A stretch of DNA of 64,000 nucleotides from Chrysomallon squamiferum (lineage: Eukaryota > Animalia > Mollusca): contig CM022674.1 in the NCBI GenBank assembly GCA_012295275.1, positions 5,766,001-5,830,000 of the forward strand, given 5' to 3'. The notes under the pieces are model-generated. The model ran no database searches, was not told the DNA's origin, and saw only the letters and a program-made list of their open reading frames with translations. This document shows, in pieces, positions 43,753 to 58,060 of the stretch (the stretch's first letter is position 1; the number at the start of each line of letters is the position of its first letter). The translations under genes were made by a program, and so were the position numbers.

Positions 43753-44388
43753 TTTTATGTTTTCTTGGTGTGGATATTTATCATAATATCTTTTTTTATT
43801 ATTACACTATTTCAGTTGTGCATATATTTGTGTCATCATCATCATCATCATCATCATCACCTTCTTCTTCTCCACTTTCATCATCCCTCCCTTCATCAGA
43901 ATCATTATCACAAAAATAAACACATAAATTTCAACAAAAAAAAATGAAATATACCCGAAATTTAACCACTGAATAAAAAAATTCTGAACATAATAAATTT
44001 AATATCAAACTATTTTTTTTTTTTTTTTTTTTATTATGTCTAAATGACCTTTGACCCGTGACCTAGAAAAGCTTTGAGTGACTCTTAGGTGACATTGACA
44101 GGGTGTCGGGTGTCAGATATTCAAGAGTAACATGGTAACAGATCACTGGTGACATAAATATGACATCAAAGAACGAGAGCATGATGTAGGACAATTGTTT
44201 GATCCGAAAATAGAACAAACAAGAATGAAGGAGAAGAGTGGAATGAAAGATGAGAGAAATTAAGGACAGAGGAATGAAGGAGGAGAAGAAAGAAGGAGAA
44301 GAGAAATGAAGGATAAGAAGAGAGGGAAGAAAGGAGGAATGAGTGATAAGAGGATTAAAGGTTGAAAAAAATGATGGAAAAGAAGACT

Positions 44389-44390
<2 letters not shown>

Positions 44391-44436
<46 letters not shown>

Positions 44437-44975
44437 TTATTATTATATTTATTATTATTATTATACTTATTATTATTATTATATTTATTATTATTATTAT
44501 CCTTATTATTATTATTATTATATTTATTGTTATTATACTTATTATTATTATTATTATTATTATTATATTATTATTATTATTATTATATTTATTATTATTA
44601 TTATACTTATTATTATTATTATATTTATTATTATTATTATCCTTATTATTATTATTATTATTATTATTATATTTATTTTTATTATACTTATTATTATTAT
44701 TATTATTATTATATTATTATTATTATTATTATTCTTATTATTATTATTATTATATTTATTGTTATTATACTTATTATTATTATTATTATTATTATATTAT
44801 TATTATTATTATTATTATACTTATTATTATTATACTTATTATTATATTTATTATTATTATTATCCTTATTATTATTATTATATTTATTTTTATTATACTT
44901 ATTATTATTATTATTATTATTATATTTATTATTATTATTATACTTATTATTACTATTATTTTATTATTATTATTA
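44391..44975. repeat. Long compound (ATT)n microsatellite
   Basis: ATT triplets punctuated by ATATTT/ATACTT/ATCCTT variants; source of the poly-I/L/Y ORFs. Confidence 0.95.
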
Positions 44976-45207
44976 ATAAATTATTTTATGTTTTATGTTG
45001 ATTAAGATCAAGCTAGATCACAAATCTGTTTATTGAACAGAGATCAAATTCACACAACACACACATCCATCGATAAATTTCTAATTATAATTTCTACACC
45101 AAGATACGACAAAAATCAATAGTATTGATTTCCTCAAATTTAAACACTTTAGAGCAAGGTGCATGAGCACTTTTAATTTCTGTAACAAGTAAGAACACTT
45201 GTACAGA

Positions 45208-45415
45208 CAGGGTCAGATCTAGGGGGGTGCTTCTGATAAACACCCCCACACACTTTTAATAACATTTTTTTTGTTTGTATCTACATATGTGTGTGTGTGT
45301 GTTGAGTGTATGTATGTCTGTGTATATGTTTGTAAGTGATTTAACTCATTTTATCTTTAAAGTTATCTCGCCCATTATGGTTGTGCCCCTCTTTTCAGTA
45401 TCATGGATAATCCCT
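45208..45415. mobile_element. Decayed MITE-like element with imperfect terminal inverted repeats
   Basis: Begins CAGGGTCAGATCTAGGGGGGTGC and ends GTGCCCCTC...CATGGATAATCCCT, loosely complementary GC-rich ends in AT-rich DNA. Confidence 0.35.
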
Positions 45416-45980
45416 TTTTTTTTTTTTTTTTTTTTTTTTACACAGGGTATAATATATATTTTTTTGCCAATATCTTGTGTTTTTGTTAGGAATTTAAAAT
45501 TAATATCATATCTGAAATTTTGATAATAAAATAAATAATAACATATTTGTAACTGACAACATTTTCTTTGTCATAAATTTTATTGCCTAGAATGGTATTT
45601 GACTTAATATTTGTATGGTCCTATTCATATGTTGTTTCAAGTTATTGTTGTTATTATTTAGTTATTTATTCTATTTTATTTATTTTATTTTATTTTATTT
45701 TATCATTATTTTTTTTAACAAGATCCTTCAATAATAAATTTACATTAGAAGATTAAAATTACTGACATTGTGATATTGATAAAGACATATATACGTACTA
45801 CATAAATAACTTTATATGAATAAGATCAATATTTATTATGTGCAAGTGTTCTTGGCATGATTGAGAATGCATGTATGTATATATTTGTATTTGTTTAAGT
45901 ATGTAAATATCAGTATATGTGTGTTTGTATCTATATGTGTATGTGTTGTATATGTGTGTGTGTCTATATATGTATGTATG

Positions 45981-46015
<35 letters not shown>

Positions 46016-46076
46016 ACATATCTGTTTATATTCAAATACACATTATATAAATCTATCCACATACGTACATACATGC

Positions 46077-46172
<96 letters not shown>

Positions 46173-46600
46173 CACCCTAAATTCCCTCCATTCTCACAGA
46201 AACGGGTAAAATCTGAAAACACAGCAAACACTACATACATTCCTGAAATAAAAGGAAAATGCTGTTTCCTTGATAAGCTGATTTACTACATTAAATATTC
46301 TTTATTCAAGAAGAACTAAAACTGGTGTCTTCCCTCTCTCCTGACTCAAATCTTAAGCCAAAGACTCAAATCTCTGCACTCAAAAACATGAACACTTCAG
46401 CTTTTTTTTTTTTTTTTTTTTCTTGTTTTTTTTTAAACATGATAATTGTATGTGCTTTAAACTGTTTGCTCAAAGATTTGTTTTTACATAAAGTGAAATG
46501 TTGATAGCTATTGAGAGCCTTAAGAGATTGTTTGTTTTGTTCCCAAATCTGAAGAAGTCTTTTTTTTTTTATTTTTATTATTCTTGATAAATGTTTTTTT

Positions 46601-46650
46601 TCTCTCTGTTATTTTAAAGTGTTTACAAACACTTTAAAATAACAGAGAGA
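46601..46650. repeat. Perfect inverted repeat, 24-bp arms, 2-nt loop
   Basis: TCTCTCTGTTATTTTAAAGTGTTT-AC-AAACACTTTAAAATAACAGAGAGA. Confidence 0.95.
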
Positions 46651-49149
46651 CAGAGAGAGAGAGAAAAAAATATATATATATATATATATATTTGTTTTAA
46701 TCTTAAAGGTGTATTTGGTTAATGTATTTATTTAGGTTTTTTGTTCATTTTATCTTTTGGATTATAAATTAAACAAAAAGTATTTGTTACATTTCAAAAT
46801 GTTGATCCAGATGTGTGTCCATTTCATACTTCCATCTATTTGTCCATAAATGCCTTAATCCGTTAATCCATCTAAGATCCATAATTCACCACTTTTCCAT
46901 TCCCTTTTCCATTTATAATGCTCATCATTCATCCACTTATTCATCCTTTCCTCTGTCCATCCATATCTCATCTGTCACTCCACTGTCATGATCAGTCTGT
47001 TGATTGAATCACATTAATACATACATTCATTCATTCATTCATCACTTCAAGCATCCATTTGTTCATCAGTTCACACATTCATTCTTCTTTGCATTCATCC
47101 ATCCATCCATCCATCCAGAAATAAAGAAAGCACTCACATCTGCTGCAGATGTTCATATCTCTGTGACATTAATACATTTACCTGTAACGAACTTACCTTT
47201 CCACTAAAAAAAAAAAGCATTGTATCAGGTGTGTGCTTACCTTGTTATTTCACTCCAGTGTTTGCAATTACCTGTTTGTAATGTAGGTCATCATTAACAA
47301 AGAATTCTGATAATGTTGTTAATAATAAAAAAAAAATAAAAAATTAAATTTATTAAGAGTGTATGCTTATAAATTATCTGATTCCATTGCAGAGTATGTG
47401 CAGCAAAAAGAAATCTTGTTGCAGATTTGTAAGCATAACCTTTGCAGTTTCACCGATATTGAATTTTTAAATTTTTTTTCCTTTACCAGTTAACAGTTAC
47501 ACACTTTTTAATTATTTATTGTTTTATTTATAACCATGACCTAAATCTTTGCTAACAATAAATTACATTATTCTCATTCTTTATTATTAACATTGACTGG
47601 TATTTGTAATAAAATACTCTGAAAGTGTACAACAGGTGCTTAGAACATTTGTAACACGAAACCATACTTTGCTAACAATAAAGTTTTATTTCGTTCCACT
47701 CCACTTTCAAAAAAGAAGAAAAACTTTAGGGACCTTTCTGACAGACAATTAAGAGAGAATTTGAAAAATTCTATTCCTAGATGCTCTTGATAATAAACCC
47801 ATCAGAGATGAAAGGAAAGTGACTCAAAATCATTTACAACAGTTTAACTAGATCCATTAGATGATGAGAGTTCAAGATAACGGTGAGAGCAGAAGTACTT
47901 TATGAGTGCTAACAAGAAGGCACTCCAGTTCTCTGTAAGTAGACATATTTAGACCTGTTTAGACACAGTTAGATAGGTGGGGGTGTGTTATTTGTTTCAT
48001 AGAAATTGTTTTTTTTATTATTCCAAGGTTTCTTTGTTTGTTTGTTTTTTTGTTTTTTTTTGAAGTCTTAACAATAAGGAAAATATCTTTGAATAAAAAA
48101 ATGGTCAAAAATAATAATAATAATAATTTAAAAAAATGGTAAAAAAAAATGGTCAAAAATAATAATAATAATAATTTTAAAAAATGGTAAAAAAAAATAA
48201 TAATAATAATAATAATAACAATAATAATAAATAAATAAATAAAAATAAAAAGAATATATTTAAAACCCTTGATTATTTTAAGTGACAGATTTTGTCTACC
48301 ACTCTATCTATAATGAGCATTGTAGACTGAGTCATTCATTGAGTTACACACTGAATTATTCTCTGAATTAAACATTGAGTTATATTCTGGGTTATTACAC
48401 TGAGTTATACGTTACATGTATGAATTACATTTTCTCGTGTGTTATAACACACTGTCTGTTTAGTATAATTTACATAGTTCACATTGCACAATATATGTAT
48501 GTATGTATCAGTGTGTTTGTGTGGGTGTGTTTGTGTGTGTGTGTCTATGAATGTATGTATGTAGGTGTGATTGTATGTATGTTGATGTGTGTAGGTATGT
48601 GTGTGTGTGTCTATGCAGATATGAACATGTATAATTTATATGTGTGTATGTGAGTATTTTAATACTTAAATTTCTCATCATTCTAAAACACTTTATTAAT
48701 TTTTTTTAATAAAGATTAATCATGAACCTTATTTGTCATAAGCATACATACCCATAATACCTTTAATATGATATAACATATAAATAATCTATTTTATAAA
48801 TTCACAATGTATTCTCAGTCAGGATAAAACATGGTATTATTTTTATTTTTGGAAAAAGAAAAAAAACTTTATTTATGGATTATAGTAGACTGTTATTTAG
48901 ATTAATTACATTTTCACATTTATTGTTAACAACTTTAAATGTTAACGCGATAAATTGGAAAGTGTATTTTTACATATTTTATTGATTTTCCAATCACTGT
49001 TAGGGAAGTTTATATAAAATTAAAAATTTATGATAAATGGAATGGTTATTTATTCTTGAATGCAATATGGATTTATTACTTTGATTGTCTAATAAATAAT
49101 TAAATAAATAAATAAAAAAAAAAATTAAATAAATAAATGAATAAATAAA

Positions 49150-49193
<44 letters not shown>

Positions 49194-50333
49194 TAAATAA
49201 ATAAATAAAACAAACAAACAAATAAAAATGAACAAATTCTGAATGATATTAGTAATAACAGAAGTATAATGATGATGATGAAGACAGCAATGATGATAAC
49301 AGTAATGTAATAATGATGATAATAATATAACAATAACAATAACAATAAATATTACTAATAATACTTTTAATGATGATAATAATAATTAACATTAATGATG
49401 ATGATTATAAAACAACAACAGTTGTAACAACAAAACAACAACAATGATAATAATAATATTAATAATAATATTAATAATAATAATAATAATACAAATTAAT
49501 AAATAAATAAATTATTTAAGAAAGACAATAAGAAAGAAAGCAAAGAAAAATATAGTATTATTACTTTTTATAATCATAATTTTTCATAAATAATATACAC
49601 AGTAATAGCTAAAGGCAGATAAAAAAAAAAATAATAATAAAAATAATAATAAAAATAATAAATAAAATGTTATGTAACTTAATCTTGCGGACGATAATGC
49701 TGTGTTTTTATTCCGTTTCACGTCTTTTACTTTTATGGTCGTCACATGACAACATAATGATAGATTGCTTCTACCTGTTGGTTCCACTGTCTGTCTGTCT
49801 GTCTGGACGTCTTTGTTAACAACACTAAATGTAATGTCAGGGAGGAGCATTGGGGAGGAGCAGTTCTTGGGGGTTAAGATTTCACCTCCCTATCTTAGGT
49901 TTAAAACATAAGAATCATTACTTTTTTTCACACTTACGAATGTGTATGTTTATTCTCATGCATGTGTGTATGGTCATGTAAACTTGTTAATATGAATACA
50001 TGCATGCATGCATGTGTATACATATAAATATAGCAGTTTGTTGTCTGGTCATATTAAATACACAGATGATTTCTTTGCACTGTATGTGTTTATGTGTGTA
50101 TGTTTGTGTGCAAGTATATGTGTATATGTGTGTATGTTTGTGTCAGAGAAATGTGAGAGAGAGTGTGTGTGTGTATGTATGTATGTGAGTATGTTTATAT
50201 GTAAGAAATTATTGTGAACAATGTGTTTGTGTGTATGTATGTTTATGTACATGTGACCATATGCATGTGTTTATTAATTTATGACTGGGAATATGCATGT
50301 CTGTTTGTATGTGCATTTATGAGAGAGTATGTG

Positions 50334-50385
<52 letters not shown>

Positions 50386-51059
50386 TGTGTGTATGTGTGT
50401 TTATGGAAATAAACTCAGTATCAACTACTACTTCATTTCATATTCAATCTCAGGAAGCTATGACTGGAATAACAACACCCCCCACCCACCCACAACAAAT
50501 CCTGGACCTGCTCCCAAATGTCACCCTCCATTACACACCCTAAATAACAGGGGCAAAATGTCAGAACTCTTTTAGTCACACATAATTGCTTCACCAAAAT
50601 ATGAAATTTTATCCCTTGAAAAAAAAAAAAAAAAACTTTTCCCTTCTTGACTAAACCTTAACATAATTTGTAAAGTGAGTTAGTAAAGAATATTGTACAT
50701 GTCAGAAATGAAATATACATTTTCTACAGATTATAAAAAGATTTTTTTTTTTTTTTTTTTTTGTCCCCAGGGTAAAATTATGACTTAGTGTCGTGAAAAT
50801 TGCATAAGGTGCTGTAAGGTGTTTGTCATATTTTTTTAGAACGTTATTTCATCATTTTTGGAGATTTAAAATAATCCTGGTTGTGTTATTTTTGAAATTT
50901 AGACTTCAGAATAATCCACAATGAAATTGTTGTTGTGTTTTCTGAATAATCCATACTGAATTATTTTTGGAAATTTAAATTTCAACTGTACTAAAATGAA
51001 AAGAATGAACTGGAACAGACTGTAGGATCAGTTCTTCTTAATGGTCTTTGTAGTCAAAC

Positions 51060-51515
51060 TGCAGAGTTGAGGTCTGTGAGGTCCTAGAACAAATCCTATT
51101 CAGTGGACATGCTAAATTTGTTCCTGTTCCAAACAAAGCCTTAGACTTTCCTGTTCATGAGAAGGCACGTTATTAAACAGACTGTGTTGCTAATTTAAGA
51201 AAAAGAAAGAATAATTGAGTTATGTTATGGCAGCAACCTTACTTTTGCTAATTTAAAAAAAATAAAAAAATAAAAAATTAGGTAAGTCTTGTCATGTTAA
51301 TATTGTAAGGTGCGTGTTAAAAACCCATGGTGAGGCTTATAAAAAAAATTTAAATTTAAAAAAAATAAAAAAACCTCCCCAAACAATAATTATAATAATT
51401 CCATTTTTGTGATATTAATAGGTCTCCTTTTTCATTATTGAATGGTTCTTCATTCCATGCATAATATCAGCCAAATGAATTGAAGAAAACGTGTTAAATG
51501 TTAAATAAAACATTT
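51060..51515 (+). mobile_element. Highly degenerate SINE copy (head to tail)
   Basis: tRNA-like head remnant followed by TTCCTGTTCCAAAC, and a tail ending GTTAAATAAAACATTT. Resemblance to the same SINE family is from recall. Confidence 0.3.
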
Positions 51516-51959
51516 TTTTTTTTTTATGCAAGTGGGTGACTTTATTTTGAACTTTCTCGAGCAAATCAAAATTTAATATGTTTTATTCATTAATAAGTGC
51601 TCTCTATTTCAACATGTTTATACCGAATAGGTTATTTGCATAATGTCGTGCAAGAATAATCTATGAATATTTATTTTGATTACTCATATTGAATAGGTTT
51701 AGTATGATTAGCAACTTCTAGAATCAGAAATAAAAATTAAAAATTACATGTTCACACACACACACACAAAATACGTATACAGATACATATACACACATAT
51801 ACACATACACACAGACAAACATATACATACATATTAACATGCACAAAAGTGAATAATTACCAAAGCATATAACAATAATTATTTTCAGTTTATTTGGATG
51901 TAGATAGAAAGATAAGATATACTAATGATAACACAATGTTTGCCATCAGTCTTTAGTAC

Positions 51960-52163
51960 TGATTACTATCATTCATAGTTACTATGAGGGATATTTTTTG
52001 ATACAATTTCCAATGGTTTTTATGGATTCTCATACTATGGCCTTTCATAAACCAGCTGGCAATGTTTTATATATACATATACACATATGCATGGACACAC
52101 ACTCATGTACACTTGCACATACGTACATACATACATACATACATACATACATACATACAAACA

Positions 52164-52197
<34 letters not shown>

Positions 52198-52207
52198 CAT
52201 ACATACA

Positions 52208-52242
<35 letters not shown>

Positions 52243-52460
52243 GGACCATTCTCTTATCAAGAAAACACACACAACTGGAATTGGAAATAACCACTGAGTA
52301 CAAACAGCAGATTTCATCTTGTGGCCAAACATTAAACTGTTCCCAAGAGTTGGTTTTAAATATACCAGTCCCATCCCCAGATCATTTTTAATTCATTCCA
52401 GCCATGGTTGTGATTTGAACCAAGGACACTATGACCCAGCAGAAACACAGCAGCAGCACT
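51960..52460 (-). mobile_element. Degenerate SINE interrupted by a (TACA)n microsatellite
   Basis: B-box-like GGTTCAAATC on the minus strand near 52411-52420 and core remnant CATACTATGGCCTTTCATAAACCAG at 52031-52055. Confidence 0.35.
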
Positions 52461-53989
52461 TAGTGGTATTTATTTTCACACACATGTAGGATAAATTATT
52501 TGTGAACAAGCCATCAATGTTTGATGAAAACGTGAGATGCGGATAATGGGAAAAACTAAATTTGTCACGCATTACTAAACTGATTTTATAATGTTCTGCT
52601 CAGATGGAACCATTGATCTGTCTGTTTCTCTGTGTGTGTGTGTGTGTTTGTGCATCTGCTACAATAGTCTCGCACTGAAAACAAACTCAAATACATCCAT
52701 TAACGTGTCTGTGCATCTATTGTTCATTTGTGTGTCTGTTGCAACACATTCAGGGATGAGGAGTTCTGCAATTTGTTCGTTTATTGTTTTCAGCTAGAGC
52801 TTCAATTACTGTTTCGATAGCCGCCATTTTTTATTAATGGGAAATATCTTTAGAATTAAAAATCGGCAAATGTTGCCCCCAATTACACATTTTAGTCCTT
52901 TGTTGTAAAATACTGCTCCTGAAATGACCTTTATGCACTTGGCGCCATGTTCTGTTGTTTATTCTGGTGTCTAGAGAGCAATCAAAAGGTTTAATTAGTT
53001 TTAACTACTTCTGGTTAATTACCTGTTGAATACTTCTCACTCAAAGTGCTCACGAGAATTTTTCTACTTCTGGTTCATGAAGTGAAACACTAAAATTACT
53101 GTCACTTAAGCGAGTTAAGATTTATTTGTTTAGTATTAATAATTGTCAAGCATCAACAAAATTTTTTTTTTTTTTGTTTCTTTTAATATTTTATTATTAT
53201 TTATATGCTTATTGTTGTTGTTGTTATTGTTATTGCTCTTATTATTATTTTTCTTATTTAAATTATTATTATTTATTTTATTATTATGGTGATGATGACG
53301 ATGATGATGATATTAAAGAGGAAACCTACTAATAATTATGAATGATTGTTTAATGATGCCAATATGTTATTATTATTAATGGTGACTGGGTGTCACACTT
53401 TAAGTTGTTAATTTTATTTATTTATTTATTATTATTATTAATATTATTATTATTATTATTATCATTATTATCATTAATTATTATTTATTTATTTATTAAT
53501 TTGTATAATGATTGTATAAGCATACTTTTTGATGGGCAGCAAATATGCTTTTATGTTCCCTTTTCTAATTACAGTAAAATATTATTATACTCTAATATTA
53601 TATTTATATATCGAATGCTTGTAGATGTGGAAGTATGTTAAGTTTATCATGGTTGAATGTTGTATATGAGCGTTTTTAATGTTGATTTCTGAATATGTTA
53701 AATGCCACAGAATACCCAATCACTCAAGTACTGGCAGTTTCACCTGCTTGTGTGTGTGTGTGTGTGTGTGTGTCTGTCTGTCTCTATACACAGGCATAGA
53801 CACACACATTTGTACATCCGTGATCACAAATATATGGTGATAGAATCACACAGTAAGTCACGTATTTTCACCTCCCAACATTTTCACATCATAGATTTAT
53901 TTGCATTCGATTTTTACACACCTGAACATGTGAAGTATATAATTATTGATTTTTTACAAATTATGTCAGACATAGCAACAACTGTTTAT

Positions 53990-54004
53990 GTTGCTACTAG
54001 CAAC
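53990..54004. promoter_or_regulatory. RFX X-box-like motif
   Basis: GTTGCT-ACT-AGCAAC, perfect inverted arms with a 3-nt spacer, just upstream of the CpG-rich 54.3-54.9 kb patch. Confidence 0.45.
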
Positions 54005-54183
54005 AAGTACACCTTACAAAAATGGAATGATGAAAAATGAAACTTTGCTTACATTCTTAATTAAATTTTATATAATTATTATTATTATTATTGAAAACAT
54101 TTAATAAATATGAATATGCAATGTATTTTATTATTTTCGCACAACGAATTGCCATTTTGTCCTGTATTAGTATTTGCATTATT

Positions 54184-54241
<58 letters not shown>

Positions 54242-54248
54242 GTAACAA

Positions 54249-54279
<31 letters not shown>

Positions 54280-55097
54280 ATGAAAGGAAATTAGATTTAA
54301 ATATAACATTTTATCCTCTGCGCAAAACTCCCGCCTGTTGAGAATTACGTTCACGTCCCTGAACAATTTTAAACCCATACATTATAAATCATTGCTTTTT
54401 CCGTCAGAAAAGAATTTCAGGACAAATTAAACAATGTCAGACAATGCTTTTTTTAAGAAGCTACTCAAACAGAGCGGTAAACTCAATATCTGCTCCAATT
54501 TTTTTAAAAATTGTATCAACCTAAATAAACCAGGCCGAAAAACGCTTCCTGATTTTTCACAATGGAAACGTTCACATGTCAAGGGAGATAACTTCAAACG
54601 TGGTCGTTTTTTTATCGTCACCATGTTCAGGTCGTGAAAGCGGCCATTACCGTATGTGATAAATGGGGTTCTGACCAGGTGTATCCATGCCTGCAGGTAA
54701 CACCCATAGTATGAATAGAAATATTGACACATAAAAAAATCAGAAGAAAAAAAAAAAAAAAAAAAAAATAATAAAAAAAATCAAGGGTTGTTCCACATTC
54801 GAATATAAAATTATAGTAACAGTACTGAAGGAAATACCGTAATACGAACATTTAATGTGAAATAAAATAATTTGCGAGTGAAGAAAATAGTAGTTTGTTA
54901 TTTTTATTTTTACTTTGGTTCTTCGGGCGTGTTTTGGGGAGGACTTTATTTATTTATTTACTTATTTATTATTATTATTATTATTATTATTTATTTTTTG
55001 TTTGCCATGTAATGATGTATAAGTTAAAGAAACGAAAGCATATATATATATATAATAAATAAATAAATAACAATAATTATGAGAATGAGGAGGACAG

Positions 55098-55143
<46 letters not shown>

Positions 55144-56154
55144 TATGTATATAAATAAAAGGAAGAAGAAAAAATTGTTCTAGGCATTCATTCATATCTC
55201 TGTATCTATCTACTTACCTATTTGCCTATTTAATCTGTCTATCCATCTTTTACTATAGATTTATATATATATATCTATATATACTATATAGATATATATT
55301 TATATTTTTAAACAAAATCTTGAAATAAAACCATTACTATTACCTGTGGATATTGAGTACCATACCTGCACCCACCTTATTGTGGATTTGCCCAAATGCC
55401 TCTGTTTATATTATGCAGATAAAGAAAGCTTTCCATTAATGACAGAACAAAGATAAGGAGAAACAATAGCTGAACAGACATGACAATGGAACAAAGAAAT
55501 CTTGAAACACGAAAATTAGTTGTAGTTTTCTGAACAATATGGATGAGAATCCAAAAATAAAGGAAATCTCTAAAACATAAAAGTTGTCGGAAGAGAAATA
55601 AAAAATATCTTAAATGAGAATAAAAGAAATTAGCTGAGTTAAGAATGGATTGAAGTATTATTTGAAAGATAAAAGAAATTTTCAATGCTGAATATTTTAG
55701 CTGAAGCATATGTTCATGCCTTTTCACAACTGGTAATGAACAGGAAGAGGAAAATGTTGCCCAAAGGAAAATAATTATGTTAACAAAGATTAGAATTCAT
55801 TAAAAAATAAAATTTAGGACTTTTAATGATTAATTGATACACCAAAAACATTTATAAACTATTCAAATTTTAAAAACCCAACCACTTAGGATCTTTTTAT
55901 GTTTACCCATTTCTTCCATTGGCCATAATTACATGTATTCAACATTTTTATATATTTATTTATTCATTCATTCATTTATTGATTCTTTTATTTACTATGT
56001 ACAAATTAGAATAGTTGGGATACATTTTGTATACATTTATGACATTGTCAGAAAAAAAAATCTTTACACAATGGACAGAACCTGACATTTTCTTTGAATG
56101 ATTTTTTAATCTATTTATCTTTCTGTCTTTCTATCTATCTGTCTGTCTAAGTAT

Positions 56155-56205
<51 letters not shown>

Positions 56206-56625
56206 TGTAACTAGTAAAAAATTACTGTAATTTTGATTTTATTTATTGATTTATTTATTTTTATTTTTATTTTTTTATCATTAATTTATTAAATAAATAA
56301 TACATTTCTTTCTTTCTTTAATTATTTATTTTATTTTAATTTTTTATTTTACTTAAAAGGACAGTATAAAGTAAGAGCCTGTGGACGCCCTAATGTGCTT
56401 GTTATTTTAATATCATATTTTTTATTAGACAAAATGCATTAATTCAAATATAATTTGTTAATATATAAAATACATTAAAGCCGTTTTTCCTGTTATCAGA
56501 GAAATAATTAAATGCAACAGTTATTTGGAAGTTTACAAAAATGTTCTGTAATTTAAAAATATTTATTTATTTGTTTGTTTGTTTATTTATTTTACCTTAA
56601 TGAAATAAAATTCTGTGATTTGTAG

Positions 56626-56776
56626 AGGGAAGCTCTTCAGCTGAAGAAAATGAAAAAACTGGAAGAGGAAGCCAGACGCGACCCAGTTCATATGAATAAT
56701 CTACGGGAAAAATTTATTAATCAACTGAAGAAATATTTTGGAATTCCATATGCTCGAAAATACTGGCCTGAAGACT
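56626..56776 (+). CDS. NlpC/P60-like protein, coding exon (N-terminal helix and YFGIPY motif)
   Basis: TGTAG| acceptor and |GTGAGT donor; 151 nt, phase 0 to 1; REALQLKKMKKLEEEARRDPVHMNNLREKFINQLKKYFGIPYARKYWPED. KKYFGIPY matches the NlpC/P60 YxGxPY motif. Confidence 0.9.
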
Positions 56777-57268
56777 GTGAGTTTATTTCAGGGGGATAAA
56801 GTGGTAGCTGCCACCCCCCCAGCAAGAATCTAAAGTTATTTTAAATGGGCATCCTCATGAACATCTTATTATTATTATTATTTTATTTAAAAAAAAAAAA
56901 TATTTACACACATAATGACATTTATTTTATTATTAAAGTAATATAATATATTAATGTTACTCACTTATTTTCAAATTCTGGCAGTGATTAAGTTTCGGAT
57001 AATTATGTGTGTATACATTTAATCAATAAATAGTAATTAAAAAATTAAACTATAATGAATGTTTAGCAATAATAAAATATATAATAAACTGAAATAATTT
57101 TTTATAAAGCCACATTATCAAGCAGATATTCACTCACAAACACACATACACGTTTTTATGATAAATTAGAAAAATATTCAGTATTAAAACAATAAAAATA
57201 AAAGTAATTTAAAAAAAAAAATATAGTTCCTAATTTGATATCTGAATTTTTTTCATTGGTTATTTCAG

Positions 57269-57475
57269 CCCCTGAATACAACTCTCCGATTTTCTTGGAC
57301 TGCTGTGCTCTGGTTAGGAAAGCTGTACGCGATCTTTCTGAGGAGTTTGGATTTTATCTTGGAGCATGGAACCAAGCCTACCAGTATGACACTTTACCAG
57401 TAACACTTGAACAAGAAGAAGACATGAAGCCAGGCGATCTCGTTTTTATGTCTGGGATCTATGTAAACCCTAAAA
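57269..57475 (+). CDS. NlpC/P60-like protein, coding exon with putative catalytic Cys
   Basis: TTTCAG| acceptor and |GTGAG donor; 207 nt, phase 1 to 1; (S)PEYNSPIFLDCCALVRKAVRDL...EDMKPGDLVFMSGIYVNPK. Contains the DC motif (Cys codon 57301-57303) and PGDLVF, both typical of NlpC/P60. Confidence 0.92.
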
Positions 57476-57609
57476 GTGAGAAAAAAATGGCAGGTTGATT
57501 ATAAGAATTAAAAAAAGAATCATAAAATTATTTACCTAAACTGATAGAAATAATTGTTTAAAAATACAGTTTAATTTTTCTCTTTTTGTCTCAAGTTCAG
57601 TTGTGGTTT

Positions 57610-58060
57610 GCATGTAATGGGTGGATAACCCTATTCAATTACTATATTTAGTCAGAATATGGAGAGATAACTAATTAATTACTATATATTCAGTCAGATA
57701 ATGAATGGACAACCTTAATTATTATATTACGCTTGTAAACATCTTTTTGTAAAAATATCTTTTGCAATATGCAGAGTTTAGAGCTAATGGGCACATAATT
57801 CTAATCAAATAAGAATTCAGGATCTTTAAATCAGTTCTTGATTAGAAAAAGTTTTAAGGCTAGAAACTATTTTAATGTTCTACATTTCAACAAACTTTAC
57901 AGTTAATGGGCAGATAACTTCAGTTAAACAAAAATACAATTTAAAAAACAAAATGTTTTTCTTGAATTAGAAAATATTTACTCTAAGCAAATAAGGATGA
58001 ACTTTGAAATATATTGTAAATTAGATACAGTTTACAGTTCAAAGGCACATAACTCTGAAA
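57610..58060. repeat. Degenerate repeat with recurring AATGGGCA(C/G)ATAAC-type motif
   Basis: Motif variants at 57616, 57661, 57786, 57905 and 58041; similar AAGGGAGATAACT at 54581. Resembles a common mollusc interspersed repeat motif (recall). Confidence 0.5.

Noticed and set aside
55377-55727. Minus-strand 116-aa ORF
   Set aside because: Antisense shadow of an A-rich stretch; no domain or splice evidence.
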